From contig NW_002060943.1 of assembly GCF_000150275.1 (NCBI RefSeq), positions 6,874,299 through 6,938,298 on the forward strand: a stretch of 64,000 bases of DNA, given 5' to 3'. The position numbers and the translations under genes were made by a program. The notes beneath the pieces were generated by a model. The model saw only the letters and a list, made by a program, of their open reading frames with translations, searched no databases and was not told the origin of the DNA. Positions 36,281 through 48,579 of this stretch are shown one piece after another. Origin of the DNA: Trichoplax adhaerens (Eukaryota; Animalia; Placozoa). Positions within the stretch are counted from its first letter, which is position 1. Each line of letters opens with the position of its first letter.

Positions 36281-37532
36281 TGTTTTAGGCAACAACACTG
36301 TCCTGGACTTTTCCAACAATTGCAAGTGATTTGCAACCTCGACGCGACAGGCCGTACCAGGCGTCATTGGCTACAGTGTACAGGACTGTCATAGAGGCTT
36401 TTTGATCGCTGACTGTACACTGTACACTGTACAAGCGTGATCCTTCTGCAGAACTCTGGTGTACAGTAGAGTGTTAAAGTGTGTACAGCCGCCGTGTAGA
36501 GTGTGTTGATCAGCGTTGCAAACATTGACATGGCGAAGGACAGAGTCATTATTACTATGTGCTTTGACTGTTCTTCATGGACAGTCAAAGGTAAAATCCA
36601 GTAAATTTGCCCCTGAATAATTCTATCAACACGTCTAGAAAGTTCAGCTCTCTAGCGACATATTGTTATTAAGTGTAGTTTTTCGACATTCGTTTCGGCA
36701 ATATTTTGCCCCTTTTTCTATGTCTGAAAACAAAATAAAAACACCGTACTCAACATCACTCTACAAGGAAATCTAGTCGACTTCTGACTATACTTTTAAG
36801 TAGGGCCAGGTGTTAAAGTAACAGAGGTCATGGTAGTAATTACGCCTAAAGGAAAAACAGTACAACGATTGTTCTCATAGTTTATAATAAATCAGACTAC
36901 ATGGATTTATAAAATTGAATTGAACTCTATGACAGTAAACTCAGCCTGTAACTGTGTCTACAACCAACTTACGACAACAACGCTCGATTCAATCGATGCA
37001 CTTGTTTAGAAACTCTAGGGGGTAACCCATGAAAGAAACCAGCACGATACGACATTATAGGCGTATTTATTCCAAATTTGGCTGACATGCTAAGTTGCTA
37101 ACTAAGAAGTTTTTAACCTTCCAAACAATGAACACTACATGTTGAGCCCATAGTTTGCAAAGACAGTACACTCGTTGAATGGATTCCATTCCTGAACAGC
37201 GAATCACCTTAGGTAGTGCGCTAGCAATACTGTTCAATACAAAACTATTTATGGCGATACGCTAGTGTGATAAGATAGGCCATCGTACAGTAGTTTCGTG
37301 CATTGAAGTCGAAAAGTAATGTAATTTAGTCTTCAGGAAAGTAATCTAGGTTTTGTAGTAGTCATTACAGACTCTACGTCATTAATGATGTTACACTACA
37401 CGAGACATTGATAATAAGAATCACTCTTAACATACCATGACGCAGGGATATTTGCTCACAGATTCAGAACAAGCCTACAATTTTTGCATCCATGCTGAAC
37501 TGCTGATGCCTCCAACCAATTCATAAGATACT

Positions 37533-37816
37533 ATGGATTGAGAAAAGTCATAACAAAGATGCTAATATAGAGTACGTAATTACTGCAAATACCATTACCT
37601 TCAACTATCTCATGACGTTTAAAATTCACAATAAGCCTAGTCATTCATTGATTAATCATCACTACATAACATAACTACATACGCCTACATAACATGGATT
37701 GAGAAAAGTTAGAACAAAGATACCAATATAGAATACGTAATTGCTACAACTTCCATGCCTTCAACTACTTCGTGACCTTTAAAAATTGACAATAAGCATT
37801 GATTAATGATCACTAT
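37533..37816. repeat. Two-copy tandem duplication, period ~161 bp
   Basis: atggattgagaaaagt...cattgattaat.atcacta at 37533 and 37694. Confidence 0.85.
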
Positions 37817-38637
37817 GGCTTAGAATGGCAATGAAATATGTATTCGGAGTCCATGAAGCAAATCTTCCCTGTATTGGGAAATTTCTATTTTAAAGAAATT
37901 GACTTTGCCGGATCTATGCGTATACCTCATGGAATGAATGACATTCTATTCGATATAGCCGAAAAAACGGTAGAACCTCTTCTACAACGTCGAATCATCT
38001 CAATCGATAATAATAATAATAATAATAATAACATTATATCTCTCTCTATGTATAATTAGTAGCGTTAATAATTAGTTAATTATATATTGAATTATGAGAT
38101 ATTACAATGAATATCTAGTAAAGTCTGTGAATGCAGAACGACGGGTGGAGCAGGATTAACGTCATCGGTGACGTCAAAAATGGCCAGGATAAATTGATTT
38201 AGGTAATTGGCTAACGAGTGATGGATAATTAACTATTTGGAGCTAGCAGCGCAATGGAACCTCAATACCAAATTGCGTGTTTGAACTTGCGAATATATAC
38301 TATTGTACATTAATTAAAAATCTTAATTACTGCAATAAAATAGGAATTGATAGAAATTTTATGTCAAGGCATGGCAGAGATTCATCAACTTGCACTTTAG
38401 GAATGGATAATTTGTTTCAAGAATAATATTTTCATAAATACTAGCAGAACCCTTGCTCATTTACTTCGCATATTGTACTCTTACTCTTTACTTTGGAATA
38501 AACTAGAGCTGGGTGTAACTGACGCAATCAGTGTACTTTCCTTTTCATAATTATAATACTAGCGATCTAGCTTCATCGATGATGTAATATACACCTATGG
38601 CACAGTAATCGATATCTAACACTGAAATTGATAGTCT

Positions 38638-38940
38638 ATTTTACAGCAGATTTATTCACTGCATTGATTAATACAATTTAATAGCTGCACCCTATGATCT
38701 TTATTACTAGCAAAGATTACTGTTTCTTACCTTTATCTAATATCTTATCACTATTACAATATTATCTTTATCAATAGCGTGATAATATAGATGTGTACAA
38801 TTAAACTTGATTGTGAGTACATTTTCACAGCAGATTTAATCACTGCATTCGAATAATAACTTAGAATTGAACAGCTAGACTCGATGACCTACGTATATTG
38901 CAGAACAACTAAGAATTTTAATTTCTTAGCTTTATCTAAT
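38638..38940. repeat. Degenerate two-copy direct repeat
   Basis: atttt(c)acagcagattta.tcactgcatt...tttctta.ctttatctaat at ~38638 and ~38822. Confidence 0.7.
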
Positions 38941-40964
38941 GCTTGAGTTTAGTAAATTTTTTTCCTCCAATGTTAGCTGCAATAATATTTAGGTCAGATA
39001 TAACTAAAACTAATATTTATTAAATGTTAACAGTAACATGACGTAACACAATTTTATAACAACTTTTTCTCAATTGTTAGTTAACGTTTACCTAACATAC
39101 TAGTAAAAAAATTCAAATATTAAGGGTATCAAGATATAAACCTATAATTTATTTGTCGATTTAAAACCATTTCTGCATAGAATAGTATAGTGAAGTTGAT
39201 TGTAATTATGACGGTGAATAAATCACAGTTGATCGGATTCCCCTGAAACTTGTATTACTTTCACAGATATTAATCAATGCTTTTTCAATTCAATCCTATG
39301 AGAAATAAAGCATGAAAATTAAATTAAAATGAAAAGAGGATACTTTCGAAATGCTAGTTATTAATTTAGCTATATAATTAAATTCGCTTTTCAGATTTGG
39401 CCTATTGTAGTTTAAGTACTATAGTAAACTTATCCTAAAGTTTAATTGATAAAGAATCCTATTTCAAATTTTGAACCTTAATGACGTAAGCCAGATTGTA
39501 TACTTCAATATCTTGATCGTTCTTATATTTTAGTATTTGAAATTCTAGTCAATAATCGTATTTCAACACTTTAATTGTACACCATAAAGCTATCGTATAT
39601 ATCAAAGCAAAACCGCAAAGTAAAACCATTATCAGTATTTATAGAACTAACAATTACTGGAATAAGCGGAAAGTAAATGTATCGCTTTACTCAAATTTCG
39701 CTTTATCGAACAGTCATATGGAATTATAGCAAGATAACGTAATACGCGTAAGTATTACCATTAGGCGTTAAAATTCTCATAGTCATATAACTTGTAAAGT
39801 AATTATTACTCAAACTACACAATTAAGTATTTCATTTATATTCTGCATAAGCAGATCAGATATACTATCTGTAACTCAGCTATTGGTGTTGTATTGGTCA
39901 TTTTACTGAAGTCTACTGCATCTTTGAAAGCACTAACCAAATACTTATTCAATACTTAAATGAATCAATTCAATCCTTTCATTCTTGATAATACACCTAC
40001 TTAATAACCTTTCTTATCTCCTTAGATGCAAGAAAGCTCCAGGAAATGCATAGCATATTTGGATGAAAATTTACTGTAAAGCATGCAGTAATTTTTCGTC
40101 TTTTATTCTTATTAATTTTTATACAATAGCAAAGGCAAGTAAGTCATAAGTCATAGATGAATAGTTATATGAATGATTATACGTGATATTTTTCGTAATC
40201 TTTCTGGTTGAGAAGTTACTACCAATATCATTATATATACATATTAATAGCCTGAAAGTCGATCAGCTATTTCTATATGTGTGTATTGTCGACTAACTCT
40301 AACAAGAAACTGCAAAGCTATCACTATTGATAGCTATTGTTAACATCGACAACAATGATATCAATGCGGCATCTCATAGCAAGAATTATTAATGAGCTTG
40401 CGACAATAGAATCAAAATAAGAACTGTTAGTATAAAGTAGCGATAACCAATAGCGGTAATACAGAGTTTGATCAATTGATATTATATTATTGTAACCGCA
40501 GTTCTTTATAACAAATCATCCACTCCTTTTCACGCATTAAACTAATCCACATTAAACTGACGATTTAATCGCTTAAGAAGAAAGGAATGATTTACCTAGA
40601 CGGAATACTCACAGTTTGTAATTAGTTTTATTTTACTGCCGACAAAAAATCATTTTACTTATATATTTGTAATTTTCGCTGTTTTAGATTTTGGCTTTTA
40701 AACTGTACACAATCACTTAGCTGTTAAAGGTATGAAACTACAGTTGTAAATTCCTATAGTACACTAAGCAACGAAGTATATGACTGCAGATATTTTCAAA
40801 TTAAAGACAAAAGCTTCTTACCTCTGGAATTGTGTGCGCGTAGTTTCTATCTAGGCAAATTATCAATTGAAGCTTTAATGTATTAATGCAATCTCTACCA
40901 TACAGTAAAATAATATCATCGTATATATTATATGAAGTGAGCTAAAACAGTTCTAAAGCATAAA

Positions 40965-43900
40965 ATGACTACGACAAGTAGTGGCACTAGCAATCCTGCG
41001 AATGAAATCGATAACCCTGGAATATTTAGAAGCCTATCACAGGCTATCAAACGATCTCGAGCTTCAAAATATACTATAAATTATGATACTTTGCCGAAAG
41101 AACGAAGAATAGGATTCATCGACTACCGACCAAAGTGGTTGCAAGTCTTTAATGATCCCAAATGGTTGCTGCTAGTCTTGATGCTATTTCAGCTATCTGT
41201 TGGAATGGCTACAGCAGGATTTAGAACGACAGTTTTAACATCTATAGAGAAACGTTTTTATTTAACATCGCTTCACTTTGGCGTAATAGTAGCCTTTTAT
41301 AACATTGGTGGGGCCATGATCGGCTCCTTCTTAGCTTTGTTTGGTCGTCGTTGGCCAAGATCGGTTATAATTGGAAGCGGTTGTTGTGTTGTTGGTATTA
41401 GTTATATTCTCTTCGCCCTTCCCCATTTCTTAGTAAGTCCTTACAAGCTACTATTTCTTCGACAAGGATCATTTCCAACATGTAATGGTAGCCTACATAG
41501 TCAAGCTGCATCGGCAACTACCCAATGCCATGATAGCATTCGTCGATATAGGGCTTTTATGCCGTTATTTATCATTTCTCAATTTCTAGCTGGTTGTGGC
41601 GCCTCTACATTATGGACAACAGCTTGGGACTACATTGAAGAAAATGTAAGCCCAACTGCCTCTTCCATCTATACCAGTAGTGTTATGCTATTTTCTGGAT
41701 TAGGTCCAACTATTGGCTTCATTCTCGGTGCTTTCTTCGTTAGAACTCCTGTCGATTGGCCTGAAGTTTCAAATGGTAAGGTAGATTAATTGTAAACCTA
41801 AAAATGTAGGCCTCTAATAATAATTCTTTATAAAATCACCCCTAGTTTACTTATTGCTTATAAGATCATGAAAGGTTAACCACAAATTATTTAGTGATCA
41901 TTTTCAACTTGATTCACACATCGTCAATTAACTCCTTCGAATATAGCACCATTCTGCTTTTTTTTATTAATCTAGAATAAATTTAATGCTGATTAAGAGA
42001 ATGCCTCTATCAATCACAGCAACTGGAAAGTTACTGACTTAGTTTATTGTCATAGCGAGTAAAACTGAAGCATTATGAACTATTGATCCACTTTTCCTCA
42101 TTAAAATTTGAGTCTTTGAAAGTGAAATCAAATTCATATAAAATTATCACTAATCTCCTAGCATTCATAACTAAAGACATTGTTAAGATCACGTTATTGA
42201 AAACCGTAACTTCTCTCGATATAATGTTTTACGATTGATAATTATCCTACTTATAAAATAGACAATTACTTTGAATGAAAGATGACAATTAGAAAGGCTA
42301 TAATGTTATTATTGCTGTCGATAAAGGATAATTTTCTTCATTTGTTAATTTTATTTATTTATTTTTTATTGATCTGGATTACTTTTAAACAAAATAATGA
42401 ATGGAATTAAATAGAAGCCATCGCTATTGATAATCCTGATTGGATTGGTGCTTGGTGGTTAGGATTTATAACTGTTGGTTTCTTCTTGGTTATTATTTCA
42501 CTAACCATTATCCTCTTTCCTTCATTTTTGGCAAAATACGATTATTATAAATCGCGATTAAATGGTGTCCATACCAGTGCTTCCGGCGTTGTTTTCAATT
42601 ACAATAACTATTCCTTGACAGGAGTATCGACAACAGAAAGCATGCCTCATGGTAGAAACTTTGCATATCGCTCAGGAGCCGATAATATTACAGATTATAC
42701 GCATTTTACGATGCTAATAGGGCAATTTCTAAAGAACAAAGCATTAATGTACCTCATGCTCGGACTTACTGTTCAAAGCATTGGTTTATCGGGTTTCGCT
42801 ACATTCTTAACTAAATACTTCCAGGTTAATTATGATCTTGATCCATTTTTAGCTAGTTTCATTGGTCTATTGACCGTTGTAGTTGGCTTTGGTGGAGCTG
42901 TGTTCCTGGTAAGTAAACATTTTTATAGATTCATAATTTTCACTTCTGCACCGATTTTTCATTTTTCTATGATTATATTACGTTAAGATAACATAAATAG
43001 TACTTTTCCTTATACTTTCTCAGATGATTATATACAGTAGGAAACATTTTTATACTATCCAGTATAATTCATGATAACATAGTTCATTTTTTTCTCTTGA
43101 TTTGTCGTATAGGGAAATATTGTCACAAGTGCTAGCAAAATTAGCATAGCTACCATTAGCCGTTTCGTAACGGTATCCTCTATACTGGGGATTGTCACAT
43201 GTATGACATTTTTATTTGCATGTCCAACTTCTCGAATAGCTGGTATTAATATCGATTACCACGGTAATTTTTCGCAGAGTCCAACGTAAGTCTATAGCTC
43301 TATTGGCAATTTATTAAATTTAGGCTTAAAAGTATATCGGTGACTTAAGAATATTTACTGCTTCACAGAATTCTTACAGCTGATTGCAATGTGGACTGTC
43401 ATTGTCAGCAGCAGAGTTTCCTGCCAATTTGTGATTTAAATACGAATATTACTTACTATTCTCCCTGTTATGGTGGCTGTAAAATAGCGTCTAATAATCA
43501 AGGAAGTGTAAGCAAAGTTTTATTCTCATACTAGTCAAACCTTCCACATTATTACAAAATCTAATTAGTTTGATATATTTGACGATTGTATTATCTAAGT
43601 TTGCCAACAAAAAAATCGCCCTTCTAAAATTATGTCTATTTTTTTTTTCTTCCATTTAGAACGATCTTACCTGCAAATGCTTCAATTCTATAAAAGCACA
43701 TCGTTTTGTATCCAGAAAGTGTCAACAAGGGTGCAAACTTTTTGTTCCATTTTTACTAGGTTTTATTACCTTGATCTTTTTGACTACCTTGTGTATTATT
43801 CCTTCGTCACAAGCTATGATCAGGTTTGATTATCTAACTTCCTGTGATCAAAATTTGTAACAACCAGTATTCTAGTATAAAACTAAATTTCTATTTCGTT

Positions 43901-44487
43901 GATGCTGTATTTTCAGGTGTGTACCACAAAAGCAACGATTTGCCGTTCTATCTGCCAATTGGCTTGTTGTTCGTTTACTTGGTGCAGTACCTGGTTCTAT
44001 TATAGCTGGATTAATATTAGATTCTTCATGTATAATTTGGAAAACGGAGTGTGGACAAAGTGGCCATTGTCTTCAATATGATACAAGTAAATTGAGCGTG
44101 ATCATGACGGTCTTCACTTGTACATTGAAAATAATATCAACAGTATTTTTATATCTTGGTTGGAAAAACTATGGCATTTTAATGTTTGAACAAGATCCAA
44201 CTAATCTTACATATCGAGTTTTTATTCGGCGCTATTATAGCTGGCACTTTTGCAGATTAAAAGGTGATCACCTTAAAACTCGATTAAATTCAACGCTTCG
44301 GCCCAAAATGGATAATAGTGCATTTATAAGTAGAAGCAAATGTATTGATAGTACACGAACAAACCATAGAGAAAGAATACCTTTACAAGATCTCCATGAT
44401 AATACTTTAAGTATTGGTACTAACACAGTAACGAAAACGACCTCTAATGAGACATTTAACCGTATATCTTATGAATCTAATGTATAA
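40965..44487 (+). CDS. SLCO: SLCO/OATP transporter copy 7 (most divergent), 6 exons, ~783 aa
   Basis: Exons 40965-41775, 42415-42908 (NAGNAG alternative at 42418), 43113-43285, 43369-43507, 43660-43823, 43917-44487; 2352 nt in frame. Motifs IEKRF, LPHF, YIEEN, NPDWIGAWWLGF, FLTKY, CNVDCHC..PICD..YYSPCYGGC, RCVPQKQR..ANWLVVRLLGAVPG. Confidence 0.93.
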
Positions 44488-46367
44488 TAGCAAGTAAAGA
44501 CTACTGAACTGATTTACTAAGAATTAAAATATTTAGTTATTATCGCCACGGCAGATATGTATGTATTTCGCTGAGGCTAATTACAACTATGGATTAATTC
44601 ATGTACTATAGAATTTTACCTAGGCCATTTACGGTAAATACAGAGATTGCAATTTACTTTTGTGAAATTGCTAAGTCTCTTCAACGCTATACTTGTTGAG
44701 AAGGAATAATTATAGATTTTTACAAACTGATTTAAAGCTGATGCATCTTATATTCATCCCTATATGGAATATACTAATCACAAGTAGGAACTTTTGTTTG
44801 TTTGCGTACATTCTCGTACATTTATATCAATTAACTCTACTGTAATAGATTGTTTGAAATTATTTAAAATTTAGATTTATCGTAAATTTGGACAAATATC
44901 AACTGATATTAAACTTTTGATGTTTTGAACTTTGATTGTTGATTTTAAGGCCTTAATTTTATTCATAGCTAATTATTACCGGGAAATGTCACCTTCTATA
45001 ATATCTGCTATTACTCAGTATTGTCTAGTGATATCTTACTGTCTAGCCGAGATTGAAATAGAATTGTGCTTTCCTTAATAAAAGAATTCCTCTTGGTTTT
45101 AGCTGTTTGTGACTTATGGTTGTCATAATATATACGAGATCATGATAGCTAATATGCTTTTCATCATTCCTTTGTGAACGGTGGAACATTCACAGGTATC
45201 AACTGATATATGATATACGTCAACGCGCTAAACAGTTACTTGCAAATCCCTGATCGCAGCTTTGTCTTCGTAAATAAAAATAATAAGCGAGCCCTTAAAT
45301 AAGATTTGTTAATAAGTTATAAGAATAAGTTTGTATTCGATCATGTATTTATTTATTCTCGTATTACTTGGTTTCTGTTTACATAGAACTTACTGATATG
45401 ATTACGCTACGTAAATCATAAAGGTGCATGTTGATCTAAAGGTATGACATTCTGATAGCACCATATGAAATGCCAGGCATTTTTCCACTAATACTATTTG
45501 AAAACATGTTTACGCGCAGCTTACTACTCAGACTGTAATTTTATCTTCATAAAGCTTGTTATGGAATAACTTTTGCATAGTTGCCGTAATATAGCTTCCT
45601 TAAGATTACTCATTTATAAATGTGCCGATAGACTGATACTAATTTATCTATGACGATTAACATGTTTTCAACAGATAAATGCATACCGTAATTTAATAAT
45701 ATTATCCAAGTACTGATAGCTCATGCTGTGTAGACTAAATATAAACTGACCGATTTTTCAATAAAGTTTCGGTTCAGGTTTATCCAAAGAAAGATTAGTG
45801 TTGTTGGTGATCTTCCTAGCGATAGGACATCGTCAGTATTTAAGGTTGTACTGAATAAGGTGTCGGGAGTCCGGACAAACCTGATAGTAGATTCGCAGTG
45901 TTAGTTTTCAGTAGTTGTTCTTTAACTTTTCTTAGTTACAAATTTAGATTTTTAACAAGGCTAAATGTAAAGTTATCTGAATAGTGATCAAGTAAGGGCA
46001 ATAGTGTTTTAATTACTGCAGTTAGATATATTTTATCGCTCACAATAAAAGTTCATATCGAAAATGTTTTCTGGATGACCACTCTAAAGTCATATCGATA
46101 AGTAGAACTAAAGAACATTGGAACTAGCATTGAGAGGATATTATGATGCTGATTTACTGATTTATTAATTTTATGCTTTAACCAATTATATCTTTGCTAA
46201 TAGCAGACTTTAGCTTTATACTAAAATACTGTACGTATATATTTTACGACATAATCAGTTGTGCTTCTGCGAGATGTGCAAATATCCGTAGCCACGTCGT
46301 TGTTTCAATAGCACTAGTGCAAACTCCCGTCGCTTTACTGACGGTTTACGATAATGTGCTCATTTAA

Positions 46368-46446
46368 CAGAGGTTCAGTAACTTTATACCGTACCGTGTA
46401 GACCTGTCAGAGGTTCAGTAACTTTATATCGTGTACTGTGTACAGT
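46368..46446. repeat. Two-copy tandem repeat, period 40 bp
   Basis: cagaggttcagtaactttata at 46368 and 46408. Confidence 0.8.
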
Positions 46447-48420
46447 ACTGATCTGCAAATGATTAGGTATGGCTAATGTTATTTGCAATAAAATTCGCGT
46501 AGATGAAATATAAGCCAGCTGATGTTGCGTTACCTGCGACTTGTTTGCAACGACACGATTAGTCGTCTTTATTCTACTAATGATAGATTTAGCACAGCCA
46601 TGAGATATTGCCATTTATACTGGTATTACTATAAGCAATTCTAACAATGATATTGGTCGCTGTTGATTTGGTTGATCATGCTATAATTATTGCTTTTAAA
46701 TTTAGAATTATAAAAGAAAGGAGATGAATTATTCAACATATTAGCGATCAGATGGTTGCATAAGGGGTATATTAAATTTGACTTAAAGTCTAAACAGATG
46801 GTTTACTAGCACGTAAGGCGGTCGAAAGTAGTGGGTGGCTTACACATCACATTGGAATCAATATAGCATGTTCTACGAGTTAACCAAATTTACCGCTTAG
46901 CTTTAACTATTGAAAATGAAGTTTTCAAGAAAGCCATTATTAGCATACTGTACATCTGAATAACAAAAAAGATCAGATTAAATAAAAGACGATTTAGACT
47001 AATGATTATTCTGTAATTATGTAATGTAAATCGATTTTAAAAAATTGAATTAGTATTGAAAAATTATTTATTATATCAATTCTAACAAATATTAGAATCA
47101 CCTGGGTGGATCTAATGGGCTGAATTGATTTGTTCAAGAACCATATGATCTTAGCCAAGTAAAATCGATCACAATCACCGTTCTTTTTTGACCATTGGGT
47201 CAGTATTACACTGAAATCGACATCATTTTAGGCAAGAAATCGTTTAAAAAATCGATGTCATCGTTATTTAATAATGGCCATTTTCTTCAACATAGCAAAC
47301 GCAATTATACAAATTATATAAAATTTGGCTAAAACTGCGAGTTTTAACTGACGCATAAGAAAGTGAAAATTTAAAGCGAAAAAAATTACCTTACAACTGA
47401 CACTACTTGGTCAACATTTCGCCTAGAAGTGGATTAAGTATGGAAAATGAAGAGGTATGAGTAAAAAGTTTATGGCATTTTCTCTATAGTAGCTGTAACT
47501 TGACATAGGTCATAACTTAGATCGTTTTGTTTTCGTTCACATCCTGTGACAGATATTTTAATTTTCGGTGCATATATATATTCATGTGTAGCGTTCTGCT
47601 AATAAATAGAGTCGATGCATACACTCGTGATATTACTTTATTTTAACATACTTTAAGATCTTACATCATACGTACTACGGTAACAAAATTACGGTCTAGG
47701 AATAATGATTCCAGCTATATATCTACAAAGGATATATTGATCTTAGCTTTCCCAACATTTTGGTTTCCAAACCTTTTCTAGCACATTTCATTCAATTAAA
47801 TCATGTCTTCGATTCCCTATTCACGGTTAAGTTTGCCTTGCTATACGTTAGATCCTATCTTTTTTGACGGAATGCCATTTCATGATTTGAAGTAATTTTT
47901 AGCGCTTTTTGATCATTTGAAGCCTTCACGGTATTGTGATCTAATCCTATCTGTCGTATCGTTAGCCAGCCAATAGCCAACTACTCTGATTTGTTCTACT
48001 GATAAATAATATCGATATAAGATTCAAATAGTCTGGGGGTACCAAACATTGGTTGAACTTAAACATTTTGTCTTTAGATCAGTATATGATGATTTCTATT
48101 GCACAAACCAAATACACGTATTTATTTGAAGGCGACTGTATTATATATAAAATGAGCGTAGTTATTAATAAAATAAGCGATACGCATACTATTAGTTCGA
48201 TTTACTAGAATTACATATTAATCTTTTCTATTAACATCATCTCTACTTTTTGATAACATACTTACAATAGTCATTTATGATGAGGTGAACAAGGTCGAAG
48301 CGTTAAAGTAACTGAATTCGGATAGAAAATTTTATTAATGTGCATGTAGGTATGCTACAATAGCCTGGCATTATGCTGATATGAATATTAAATCCAATAT
48401 GATTCAAACACTAGAATACC

Positions 48421-48579
48421 CATAATATCATGTAGCCAAACTTTATAATTATTTTTATTAAGCTAGTTTTTTTGATTTTAGTTTCAACTCTAATTGTTTT
48501 AGTACGCATAATATCATGTAGCCAAACTTTTAATTATTTTTTACTAAGCTAGTTTATTCAATTTTAGTTTTAACTCTAA
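48421..48579. repeat. Two-copy tandem duplication, period ~86 bp
   Basis: cataatatcatgtagccaaacttt...aactctaa at 48421 and ~48507. Confidence 0.85.

Noticed and set aside
35825-36329. Repeat array as a CRISPR array, or ORFs 36067/36108 as genes
   Set aside because: Units are ~113 bp with no unique spacers, no cas genes, and the context is eukaryotic; the ORFs are just translations of the repeat.
37180-37265. MDSIPEQRITLGSAL as a stray SLCO last-exon fragment
   Set aside because: Only SIPE-like similarity; no TM11 R..GG..GP or CxxW motif follows.
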